Positions 50,951 to 59,809 of a DNA stretch of 64,000 nt are shown here, piece after piece. Below the pieces are notes generated by a model, which did not search any database, had not been told where the DNA came from, and saw nothing but the letters and a program-made list of their open reading frames with translations. The position numbers and the translations under genes were made by a program. The stretch's first letter is position 1, and each line of letters begins with the position of its first letter. This DNA is from a virus (Duplodnaviria; Caudoviricetes). Location of the stretch: IMG/VR virus record IMGVR_UViG_3300027715_000146, positions 2,569 through 66,568 of that record. One strand, 5' to 3'.

Positions 50951-51562
50951 ATGATTATGTATTCGCTTATCTTAACGGATCCACCATGGCAATATACTGA
51001 TAAAGCGTCGGCTGGCAAACGAGGAGCTGAATTCAAGTATCCATGTATGTCAATATCCGAATTACAGGATATGAAACCGTATATCGATTCTATATCTGCA
51101 CCTGATTCGGTAATGTATATGTGGACAACCGGCCCGATGTTACTTGTAGCCGGTGCGTTACTCGAATACTGGGGATTTACCTATAAGACAACTCCGTTCC
51201 TCTGGATCAAGACGAATACAAACCCGATCCATCCCGAAACATCCGTAATGCTTGAGACTGTGATGGGTGATGACGGGATGTGCACCACCCGGGGAGATTT
51301 CATGGGGATGGGGAATCATGTCCGGAGCAATGGGGAGATGGTGTTACTTGGTATCAAGGGGAAGGGAATCAAGCGAGTAAATTACGCAATCAGGCAACCC
51401 ATCATCAGTCCCCGTCGTCAACACTCCCGAAAACCAGAGGAGGTCTATCAGCGCCTCGAACACTTATACGGCGACATCCCCCGTATTGAGATGTTTTCTC
51501 GATGTAAACGGCCCGGATGGGACCAGCACGGGAATCAGATGGAAATGTTTATAACAAAATAA
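50951..51562 (+). CDS. MT-A70 family adenine methyltransferase
   Basis: ILTDPPW, YMWTT, WGF.YKT..F.W.K, G..VRSN.E, HSRKP, RIEMFSR. Confidence 0.9.
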   Translation: MIMYSLILTDPPWQYTDKASAGKRGAEFKYPCMSISELQDMKPYIDSISAPDSVMYMWTTGPMLLVAGALLEYWGFTYKTTPFLWIKTNTNPIHPETSVMLETVMGDDGMCTTRGDFMGMGNHVRSNGEMVLLGIKGKGIKRVNYAIRQPIISPRRQHSRKPEEVYQRLEHLYGDIPRIEMFSRCKRPGWDQHGNQMEMFITK

Positions 51563-51687
51563 ATACAACATAGTAGTGTAGTAACTCACTAGGTGGTGAG
51601 GTTCGCTGCCTATAGAGTATTACAAATTCGATAGGTAGTTAGGCAAGTAAATTAGATGTATTGGCAGGCCGGAAAGACGGCCAACTT

Positions 51688-51770
51688 AACACCGTCGGAC
51701 AGATGGCTAGTCCACCAGACTTAAGATCTGGCGCCGAAGGGCATCGAGCGTTCAAGTCGCTCCGGTGTTA
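51688..51770 (+). tRNA. tRNA-Leu(UAA), no encoded CCA
   Basis: Acceptor AACACCG/CGGTGTT; D stem GGAC/GTCC; CCAGA-CTTAAGA-TCTGG; variable arm; A73. Confidence 0.9.
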
Positions 51771-51877
51771 TTTCAGCAGATTGAATGCTGCTGGATCGGT
51801 CAATCCGGTGACCCCTTCTAGGATTGTCGATAGGGTATGGGGCGTAAGAAGATGAAAATCTTCTTCCGATAAGCGTA

Positions 51878-51947
51878 AGGCCCGTGGTGTAATGCAAAAC
51901 ACGCCTGACGTAGTCAGGAGATAGGGGTTCAAATCCCTCCGGGCCTA
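51878..51947 (+). ncRNA. tRNA-like RNA with 5-nt (or GUA triloop) anticodon loop
   Basis: AGGCCCG/CGGGCCT acceptor; GTGT/ACAC D stem; CCTGA-CGTAG-TCAGG; TTCAAAT T loop. Confidence 0.75.
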
Positions 51948-52106
51948 CTGGGTCTTGAGCATTGGTGAAGACCCTACGATTCAGTTGATTGAACGTGAAT
52001 CATTTGAAACGGATACAAAATGCCGACCTCTTTGCAGTTTTGATGGGCGTTACCATAGAAAACTGATATGGTTGTAGATATCGGCAAAGATCTACCGATG
52101 CAACTG

Positions 52107-52173
52107 GACCGATAGAGTGTTCGGAACACAGGCCGACAACGGCCGGACATGGGTTCGACTCCCAGATCGGTTT
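52107..52173 (+). ncRNA. Minimal tRNA-like RNA with 4-nt anticodon loop
   Basis: GACCGAT/ATCGGTT acceptor; GTGT-TCGGA-ACAC; GGCCG-ACAA-CGGCC; TGGG-TTCGACT-CCCA. Confidence 0.7.
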
Positions 52174-53062
52174 TCCCAGAAATGGGGATAGTTACTCAGT
52201 GGCGGGATCGTAAACCCCCAAGACTTACCACATCGGGCGAAGAGTCAGCCCCTTAATTGGAGTAACTACAATGGTTGTAAACCCACCAATGCATGGGTGG
52301 CTCAACCGGTAAACCAAGTTTCCCATATAAATGCTCGGTGGGTAGGGTTCGAATACCGAACTTGGTTGTCAGATACCGCACAACAGGTTGACTGAAAGAG
52401 GATCTGGAGATTGCAATTCGATACGTGCATCATCGGTTGCAATACAAACATTCCGGAGGTGTCTGAATGCACACCCGTCATCTGTATGGATGACTGTTAC
52501 TGGTCCACGGAAACCAGAGGATTTAGATTGTTTATCCAAAAAAACAGGAAGTTCAATCCCGGAACGTACAGGGGGTTTTAGAGAGGCATTCTCCCAAAAG
52601 AAGGCTCTATCTCGGTTGGCAGTGATCTAGTTCGAGAACTGCACCCATTGGATGGATGTCCATCGATGCCACACGGTGCGTCGTAATAACTGATCCGTGA
52701 CTTACTCATCATGTGATCCGATGATGGGTATCTGAAGATATCTGAAGGCTCACCCCCTTCGTATCTTATTGGCCGGGTAATAACCGGCGGGTTGACGTTA
52801 AATCACTCATGCATGTGTCTCCAAAACACATCGAGCGGGAACGACTCGTACTCGTTTCTAATTATCACACCGGGAGTATGGTTCACCCCCATATACCGGC
52901 TTGTCCTGTGTCCGTGGCATAGGGATTTAAAGGAGGTTGAACCCTCAGAAAACTCCCCGGAAGGAAAACCGGGATCGGTAGGGTACCGATAAAACCAAAA
53001 CCGGGTAAATCCACGGATTATCCAACCTATTCTTATCACGGTTCAGAAACAGATATGATAGT

Positions 53063-53278
53063 ATGAGTGATGCAGATAAAATAATTCGAATTCAAGCGGA
53101 TAGGCTCGCTGAATTATTAGGACTGGAAAAAGGCACGTATATCCCGGCTGAAGATCTAAAACTGATATCAACCACCTGTCCCGGTATGGATATCATTATT
53201 CAGCAAAAACCGGTTACCATTTCGACGAGAGCCCATGTTCTCGCTATGCTATTGCTGGAAAAAGTTAATAGTCGATGA
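53063..53278 (+). CDS. Hypothetical protein
   Basis: 71-aa ATG ORF converging on the helicase. Confidence 0.5.
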   Translation: MSDADKIIRIQADRLAELLGLEKGTYIPAEDLKLISTTCPGMDIIIQQKPVTISTRAHVLAMLLLEKVNSR

Positions 53279-54803
53279 TAGATATCGGTGCCCGCTTTCG
53301 CATCTCCGCTACCCGATCCTTCATCTTCTCTTCTTTTTTGGTTGCCACTGCAAGATAGACATCATCCACGGTATCAGTAGTAACCATCGTAATGACTCTT
53401 CCATTCCCAAACCGACCGGTTCTCCCCCGTCGCTGGATGCTCCTGACTTCCGATGGCACCGGCTCATAAAAGATGATCAGATCCACTGATGGGATATCCA
53501 ACCCTTCCTCAGCTACTGATGTTGCCACCATCACCTGATACTCCCCATCAGCGAACTTCTTCACCGTTTCAATCTGTTTCTTTTGAGACAGGCCCTCATC
53601 ATCTGACTTGCTTGCCTGACCAACAAACCGGACCACTGATACCCCTTCTTTCTTCAACATGCTCACGATATTGGATACCGTGTCCCGGAGGGAGGCAAAG
53701 ATTAAAATCCGGGAATCCGGATTCTCATCAAGTTCCCGTTTCACCATGGCCGGAAGATGAGTGATCTTTGGATGCTGTTCATCCACCCATGTTTCTGCCA
53801 TTGCCATAATCTCTTTAAATTCAGGAGAGTTTGCTAATCGCACATCGGCTTTTGATGCTCCGGTTTTGATTTTATAGAGATATCGCTGTAATGCAATCGT
53901 TCCCTGACACTCGCATAATCCTACCCCATGTCTTACTTTCATGATCTCTGCATGATAACTCACTGCCTGATACCCGATAGATTTCATCTCCGGATCATCG
54001 CTTTGGATCATCCCATCGATCGCCATCTTCACCCCGTTTAATACTTTCATCGGCGGGTTAATGACATTGGGCAAATTAAACCCATAGGTTTTCAAAATAC
54101 TGAACCGGTTCTGCAATATTTGCGAGAATAGTGTACTGGTCAGTCGGAGATCATCCGGTAATGTAAATCGTACAATCTCCATCTCTTTTTTATGCAGATA
54201 GGGTGATACATCCGGATCGGTTTCAGATCGTGATTCCACATGAGCAATATCAAAATTCTTCTTAATCTGATCGATCTTTGATTTATCCCCTCCGGGAGAG
54301 GCGGTTAATGCCAGCATCTGTCCATCCGGATTCTGTTGCATGTATATCTCTGATACAAACCGGTACGCGTAATCCCCGACTCCCCGGTGACACTCATCAA
54401 ATACGATAAGGGAGAAATCCTTCAATGAGTATACCTGATTATTTAGATCATTCTGAATGGTCTGAGGGGTTGCCAATACCACCCGGGATGCATCCCATAT
54501 ACCTTTCCTCTTCTTCACCGGAATTGTACCGGTAAGCAGGTTCACCTGATCAGTATCCAGTAATAGATGCTTTCGGAAATATACTTCATGCTGAGACACC
54601 AACGGTTTTGTCGGTGCCATCATGAGTATCTTCCCATATTGTAACCGATGAGCCATCACTAATAATGAGACTGGGGTCTTACCTAACCCTGTTGGTAAAA
54701 CTACGAGCGTAGAGCGGTTTTTCGCAGACTCTGCAATTGTCACCTGATACTCACGTCTTCCTACGGTTCCCGGCCGGATCATCGGGTGAGTAATATATTC
54801 CAT
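53265..54803 (-). CDS. Hef/FANCM-like SF2 helicase without nuclease domain
   Basis: RREYQ, VLPTGLGKT, DECH, ALTASPG, ATSVAEEGLDIP, IQRRGRTGR. Confidence 0.9.
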   Translation of the reverse strand: MEYITHPMIRPGTVGRREYQVTIAESAKNRSTLVVLPTGLGKTPVSLLVMAHRLQYGKILMMAPTKPLVSQHEVYFRKHLLLDTDQVNLLTGTIPVKKRKGIWDASRVVLATPQTIQNDLNNQVYSLKDFSLIVFDECHRGVGDYAYRFVSEIYMQQNPDGQMLALTASPGGDKSKIDQIKKNFDIAHVESRSETDPDVSPYLHKKEMEIVRFTLPDDLRLTSTLFSQILQNRFSILKTYGFNLPNVINPPMKVLNGVKMAIDGMIQSDDPEMKSIGYQAVSYHAEIMKVRHGVGLCECQGTIALQRYLYKIKTGASKADVRLANSPEFKEIMAMAETWVDEQHPKITHLPAMVKRELDENPDSRILIFASLRDTVSNIVSMLKKEGVSVVRFVGQASKSDDEGLSQKKQIETVKKFADGEYQVMVATSVAEEGLDIPSVDLIIFYEPVPSEVRSIQRRGRTGRFGNGRVITMVTTDTVDDVYLAVATKKEEKMKDRVAEMRKRAPISIIDY

Positions 54804-54835
54804 GTATATTCATCCACTCCGAAACGTATATATTT

Positions 54836-55018
54836 GTGCAATCCCTATTAGATAGCATGGACCACGGAACGGTAACACTTGAATGCCCGGTGTGTAAACG
54901 CAGGCAGGAAGTTGATGCATCAAAGTATGAACTAAACATTCTGTATCAGGGTCATCCGTATACATGCGGGTCAGAAACCTGCCCATCCCATACGGTGATG
55001 AAACCGGTGCCACAATGA
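54836..55018 (+). CDS. Small Zn-finger protein
   Basis: CPVC...CGSETC; coupled to the downstream ORF. Confidence 0.5.
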   Translation: MQSLLDSMDHGTVTLECPVCKRRQEVDASKYELNILYQGHPYTCGSETCPSHTVMKPVPQ

Positions 55019-55194
55019 CAGATCATTATCAGAACACGTTGCAGAGCGTCATTGCGGAGCAGCGCCGGTCAATGATGACTATTCGGATGTTTGCCGTAAA
55101 TGATGCCATGACGATTGAAGAGCGGAGAGATATTCTTCGCCGTATTGTTGTAATGCTTGACGAAATGAAGAAAGAAACGGAGCAGTTAATATGA
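55015..55194 (+). CDS. Hypothetical helical protein
   Basis: ATGA coupling at both ends. Confidence 0.5.
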   Translation: MTDHYQNTLQSVIAEQRRSMMTIRMFAVNDAMTIEERRDILRRIVVMLDEMKKETEQLI

Positions 55195-55676
55195 TTACAG
55201 GTATACTACCAGTTGAAGAGCGATGTAAACGACCGTGTCGATGGGCCGGAGACCAATGTTATCATTTTAATGGAAGTGATGATACCCCTCACCCTGATAA
55301 AGGATTCCCCTTTTCATGCAGAATGGGAAACTCGGGTATCATCCTACGTATGTTTGGGAACCCACATGACATCACATGTGTTCACAACATCACAAAAAGT
55401 GAACTGGAGAAGGTAATGCATTTTGCCAATGAAGGGCGGTTTACTATCGAACGGTGGATCTATCTGAATGACGGTCCTCGGCATCTCGGGGTAACAGATA
55501 CAGCGACTTATGTGGATGGAACCTGTGTGGATAAACCGAACCCATTGACGATTCAACCGAAGAAACCTCACTTTGATGGAATTGATGATTATATTCACAC
55601 TCATGAACCCAATGCTCCGACAACCATTCAGATATCGAAAGATATTTCCATCACGATAACAAAACATTCTGGATGA
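55191..55676 (+). CDS. Hypothetical protein
   Basis: Cys-containing N-terminus; coupled in operon. Confidence 0.5.
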   Translation: MITGILPVEERCKRPCRWAGDQCYHFNGSDDTPHPDKGFPFSCRMGNSGIILRMFGNPHDITCVHNITKSELEKVMHFANEGRFTIERWIYLNDGPRHLGVTDTATYVDGTCVDKPNPLTIQPKKPHFDGIDDYIHTHEPNAPTTIQISKDISITITKHSG

Positions 55677-56194
55677 AGATCATCATCGTTGGTGAATCGG
55701 GTTCCGGAAAAGACACTATCCTTTCTTTATTTAAACAAGTGCCTGATTGGCATATCATCATCTCCCGGACCACTCGCCCCCGGAGGGAAGGTGAGCCTGC
55801 TGATGCATATATCTTTTCAACTGAACAGGATTATCTTGAGCAGAATGCACACGGGAGAATATTTGAAGAGATTATTTTTAATTATAACCGGTACTGGACG
55901 TTAAGTGATGACTATATCCATGAGAGCTGGGTTATCATCACAGAGACTGCCGGCGCATTCACGCTGAAAGACCGCTTTCCGGATGCATTCATCCTGTATG
56001 TGAAGACGGATCGGGCCATTCGCATCGAGCGTGCCGGCATTGACCGGGTAAACCGAGATGCAACCACATTCAGCTGCTTCCCATGCGATTATGTCATCGA
56101 GAACAATGGGGATAAACAGGAGTTAGTGGACCGGTTGAAACGGGCATTAACCCATTTCTCCTACATTCAATCCAGCCGGACATCAATCATATGA
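55673..56194 (+). CDS. Guanylate-kinase-like NMP kinase
   Basis: GESGSGKDT P-loop; ISRTTRPRREGE; Y.F; F....Y.T. Confidence 0.8.
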   Translation: MKIIIVGESGSGKDTILSLFKQVPDWHIIISRTTRPRREGEPADAYIFSTEQDYLEQNAHGRIFEEIIFNYNRYWTLSDDYIHESWVIITETAGAFTLKDRFPDAFILYVKTDRAIRIERAGIDRVNRDATTFSCFPCDYVIENNGDKQELVDRLKRALTHFSYIQSSRTSII

Positions 56195-56895
56195 CGGTTT
56201 ACTGCGTTGGCGATATCCACGGACATCTCGTCCAGTTAAAACAGGCGATATCCCGTTCCCCATTTCAACCGGATCAGGATACCATTATTTCATTAGGAGA
56301 TATCGTAGACGGCGGGTATGAATCCTCCGGGGTGATAGAATATTTATCCAGTCTCCCGGACTGTATCCTTATTAAAGGAAACCATGACTGCAGCACAAAT
56401 GATACCGGAGTGACAGACTCACCCGGATGGTTTTCCGGATGGATCCGAAACGGGTTTGAACTCCCGTCATGGGTATGTCAGGGCGGGTATAACACCATGG
56501 CGTCATATGATTTTGATTACCGGAACGTCCCGGAGCATCATAAACTCTTCATTCAATCCGCATATCCGTATTATGTCTACAACAATATGGTATTTGTGCA
56601 TGGAGGGATAAAAGAGCGAACGCCTCTGGATAAGCAAGACTGGGAAGACATGATGTGGGATCGGAGTATGGTATATAAATACACCCGACCGGGATACACC
56701 CGGAAATTCCCCAAATATGACCGGGTGTTCGTCGGCCATACTACGGCACAATATCTGAGAAATGATCTTAAATACATGCAACCAGTGATTCAGAATAATG
56801 TTGTGGCAATGGATACGGGAGGATTCTGCAACGGGAAGATCACGGTAATGAATGTAGATACGCTGGAATACTGGCAGTCGAATATCATCAATTAA
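56191..56895 (+). CDS. Calcineurin-like metallophosphoesterase
   Basis: GDIHG, LGDIVDGG, KGNHD, FVHGG, VGHT, MDTG. Confidence 0.9.
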   Translation: MTVYCVGDIHGHLVQLKQAISRSPFQPDQDTIISLGDIVDGGYESSGVIEYLSSLPDCILIKGNHDCSTNDTGVTDSPGWFSGWIRNGFELPSWVCQGGYNTMASYDFDYRNVPEHHKLFIQSAYPYYVYNNMVFVHGGIKERTPLDKQDWEDMMWDRSMVYKYTRPGYTRKFPKYDRVFVGHTTAQYLRNDLKYMQPVIQNNVVAMDTGGFCNGKITVMNVDTLEYWQSNIIN

Positions 56896-56925
56896 CCCTC
56901 TTTTTTATATACTCGCGTCATAGTT

Positions 56926-57837
56926 ATGGTCATGACGAAGATTGCGGTCAACACGACTTCGGCCAACTTTATGCTCTCCCGTGCAGCATACAACTGGCTC
57001 ATTCAAAACCGTGGATGGCGTTACATCGGTCTATTTGATGTATACAAGGAAGGTACACAGATTAACTCCGTGGTAAATGCCAATGATGATGTCATCCTCC
57101 TCACCGTAACAGCATCGGCTTCAACCGGTGGAACCATTACCCGGAGAGGCACGGTAGTTCCGCTCACTATCGGCAGCTCAGTAATCTATGATCTTGCACC
57201 CACTACCGGGAACTATGCAAAAAACATCATCATCGATGGGTACGATGGGGGATCCGGGTTATCATCTGTCACGTTATCATCCATGTCTGATAACCATATC
57301 ATCCATGTAGTATACGATACCAAGCCGACTCAGTCAGCCGGAGAGTATGCGATTGATGTCTACCACTCTATCGGTGGGAATGTCTCTCATACCGGTAGAA
57401 CCGTCACTGATGTGGATCTTACGGTAACGGCAACTCCGTTCACCGGGTTCACCTATGACTCAATTAAAATCAATGGAACTCCGGTTGATATATCCGCTCT
57501 TGAAGCCGATGACACCTATACTCACACATTCACCGGACTGACCGCTGATGCAAGAATTGAGATCTTATTCAGACCGATCAATCAGCTGGAAATCCCTGCA
57601 TCCCGGGTAACCAAACTTCTCTGGTCTGATACCGGTGGATCGTGGTACATGAATGTAACTGACCGATCCGACGGAGATCTCATCACTTGTCTGGAAACAC
57701 TTACTCTTCCGACTGCATCAGGCTCCCTGAATGTGCTAAAGATCGTTGAGATCCCGGACAATATTACTTCATGGGAAGTAGAAAAGGATTGTAATGGGGA
57801 TGAACGGGTTGTGACCCCATACCAGTCATGGAAGTGA
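56926..57837 (+). CDS. Conserved small viral domain split by Ig-like repeats; paralog of 62054..62947
   Basis: Shared N-terminus (K.A.N.....LS..AY.WLI.NRGW) and C-terminus (DR.D.D.I...E.L...SG...LKIV..PD.I..W); the middle has InlB-B-like repeats. Confidence 0.6.
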   Translation: MVMTKIAVNTTSANFMLSRAAYNWLIQNRGWRYIGLFDVYKEGTQINSVVNANDDVILLTVTASASTGGTITRRGTVVPLTIGSSVIYDLAPTTGNYAKNIIIDGYDGGSGLSSVTLSSMSDNHIIHVVYDTKPTQSAGEYAIDVYHSIGGNVSHTGRTVTDVDLTVTATPFTGFTYDSIKINGTPVDISALEADDTYTHTFTGLTADARIEILFRPINQLEIPASRVTKLLWSDTGGSWYMNVTDRSDGDLITCLETLTLPTASGSLNVLKIVEIPDNITSWEVEKDCNGDERVVTPYQSWK

Positions 57838-57838
57838 G

Positions 57839-58090
57839 TTAATCTTCCATTACATCTTTTATTATTGATTCCACGTTCGGATTGAAGATATATACCCAAC
57901 CATCCTCTTCCGCTATTACATCGAACCCCATCGTTTCTACCGTTGCCGGAGGTTTCCCAAATAAAGTACGACTGTCGCACATATCAACCGCACCATCAGC
58001 AGCCTTTTTAAACCGCTGGTTGGCATATACTCCGTTAAAATAAGCAATACCGATGTTCGTGCCCCATTCTTCAAATCCAGTTTTAGTCAT
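57839..58090 (-). CDS. Hypothetical protein
   Basis: MTKTGF start in ATGA overlap with the ligase stop. Confidence 0.5.
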   Translation of the reverse strand: MTKTGFEEWGTNIGIAYFNGVYANQRFKKAADGAVDMCDSRTLFGKPPATVETMGFDVIAEEDGWVYIFNPNVESIIKDVMED

Positions 58091-58965
58091 GATGCATCCA
58101 TATCGTTTATATCCCTGAATCCTAAAAATACCGGGAACCGGGGGAGATCTTTCTCTCCTGATTTCTGCGATTTGTATTTGACCAACTTCCCGACATAGGT
58201 ATACTGGTTCTCCCAAATCTGTTTTCTCAGTGCGGCATCAAACCCAGTCCCTATGGAAAATTCCACTCCGGTTACAACATCCCGTACCAGTAGATTCCCT
58301 AACGTCCCGGCAGGAACCTTTCCATCTTTACAGGATGCCCGCTTTGCATACCCGAACGCGTCCTGTTCCAACTCATTCTGGTTATGCATCTGCTCTTCCA
58401 TTCCGATCACCACGGCTTCTGCATCAGTAAACCGTTTGATCTTCAACAGATACCCTTCCTTCACTGTAGACCTACCGCATTTATATGGTCCCGCGAGAGA
58501 GCGGATCATTACCCCTTCGTATCCGGAATTCAGACACTTGTCTTCATACTGCAAGAGTTCATCATAGGTATTGATACGATCAGGTAACACCTTCACGACA
58601 TATGGCACGTGATCCAGTGGTAACTGTTCAAGTAACCGCATTCTCTCCTGATATGGTTCGTGTAATGATGTGGATACGTAATCAAATACGTAGTAGATGA
58701 AGTCCGGTGAACCGTCCCTGCTTGCTACCGATGATGACGTGTCCTGAAAGGTAACCCCGGCGATAATTTCGCCATCGACCCCGGAGGGAAGGTGAGCCTC
58801 TATCTGATTCCTGATATGGTGGTTCGCAATCGGTTTGAAATTCCGGGATACACATTTCCCGTCAATTACCAGACACCGGATCCCATCCAGCTTCGGACTG
58901 GCAAGCACCGGGAATGCAATCTTTTCTATGACTGCTGTATCAGCAAGCATCGGCCGTGTTATCAT
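58087..58965 (-). CDS. Minimal ATP-dependent DNA ligase
   Basis: SPKLDGIRC, DGE, YVFD, YEGVMIR, LLKIKRF, OB-fold GTGF..PRFP. Confidence 0.92.
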   Translation of the reverse strand: MITRPMLADTAVIEKIAFPVLASPKLDGIRCLVIDGKCVSRNFKPIANHHIRNQIEAHLPSGVDGEIIAGVTFQDTSSSVASRDGSPDFIYYVFDYVSTSLHEPYQERMRLLEQLPLDHVPYVVKVLPDRINTYDELLQYEDKCLNSGYEGVMIRSLAGPYKCGRSTVKEGYLLKIKRFTDAEAVVIGMEEQMHNQNELEQDAFGYAKRASCKDGKVPAGTLGNLLVRDVVTGVEFSIGTGFDAALRKQIWENQYTYVGKLVKYKSQKSGEKDLPRFPVFLGFRDINDMDAS

Positions 58966-58974
58966 ACAAAATAA

Positions 58975-59313
58975 TTATGCTTCGATAATAGATAAATGAT
59001 ACCGATCGGCGTAATACATGATATCTTTCACATCCGGGGAATCAGGGTCAAATACGAGCATGTGTGACGACTGTTGAATCATGGAGAGATCCCGACGCAA
59101 TACCGCACCGTTTCCATACTTCTGTTCTGGATAATACCGGGTATACATTCCTGTAGGGCCGATAACCTCTCCGACAACCATGCATACATCACCAGTATCT
59201 CCGGAAAGTATTCTCTCCGGCCCGATATCACACATGGCGTCAATCAACGTATCAACGATATAATCCCGATCCGGATATCGTTCCGGACCGGCTACCATCA
59301 AAACAGACAACAA
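58975..59313 (-). CDS. SLOG/YspA (DUF2493)-like protein
   Basis: VAGPERY.D...I...L, ILSGD, YG.GA..RR...M. Confidence 0.55.
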   Translation of the reverse strand: MLSVLMVAGPERYPDRDYIVDTLIDAMCDIGPERILSGDTGDVCMVVGEVIGPTGMYTRYYPEQKYGNGAVLRRDLSMIQQSSHMLVFDPDSPDVKDIMYYADRYHLSIIEA

Positions 59314-59392
59314 TGGGATGACGGATTCGAACCGTCAATACGAACAATGGATCAGATCGCCCGAATATCTGATATGCATCAGCCATACCCAT
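59312..59392 (-). ncRNA. Degenerate tRNA-like element
   Basis: Minus strand: perfect T arm GACGG-TTCGAAT-CCGTC, partial acceptor ATGGG/CCCAT, stem ATCAGAT-ATTCGGGCG-ATCTGAT. Confidence 0.5.
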
Positions 59393-59809
59393 CTTGACTT
59401 GAGAATGCAAGTCATGAGGTTGTACATACCTCACATAGCCATATTAAGTATACGACCGGACTATCATATTTATCGATATAGACATCGTCTTGATTATCGA
59501 GGTTTCGAGCACTCGCCTTCACAGGGCACGTGGTATGAAGGTTAACTCATGTATTCGTATGCAGGATGTGAGTCAAACCCCTGTCGCAACCTTTTGTTTG
59601 CCTATATTGCGAACCCCTAGCACTGGGGAATGATATCATGCTGGTGCGAGCAGACATGATATTGGTACAGGTTTTCTATCAGTGCGATCACCAACCTGTA
59701 AAGTGAGGCACGTACCGTTATTCTCCTGACGGATACACGGTCAACATACTACATTGAACGGCATATAAGATAAATATTTCGAAATGATAACGGATATATA
59801 CTCAAAACG

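Larger units (their letters stand above)
51562..53060 (+). ncRNA. Hairpin-dense non-coding tract containing tRNA-Leu and tRNA-like elements
   Basis: No credible ORF; many inverted repeats, e.g. GGCCG-GAAAGA-CGGCC, AAGAAGAT-GAAA-ATCTTCTT, TAGTTACTC..GAGTAACTA, GTCATC-TGTATG-GATGAC, ATCGGTA-GGG-TACCGAT. Confidence 0.55.

Noticed and set aside
52107-52173. tmRNA tRNA-like domain
   Set aside because: The 3' part resembles a tmRNA end, but there is no G3-U70, no CCA, no intervening mRNA-like domain and no SmpB; the host appears archaeal.
52189-52268. Twister ribozyme or SAM/c-di-GMP riboswitch
   Set aside because: Only superficial loop similarity; the conserved pseudoknot partners and core nucleotides do not fit.
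52940-52975. SRP RNA helix 8 (CCGGAAGG)
   Set aside because: It lacks the flanking CAGG/AGCAG internal-loop signature.
51661-53039. Listed ORFs 51661..51855, 52388..52630, 52792..52992 and 52803..53039
   Set aside because: They overlap tRNA-Leu or stem-loops, use weak starts and have no recognisable motifs.
33035-58965. Inteins or introns in nrdD, polB, rtcB, helicase or ligase
   Set aside because: Motif spacing is continuous; no C...HN splice ends or LAGLIDADG motifs.
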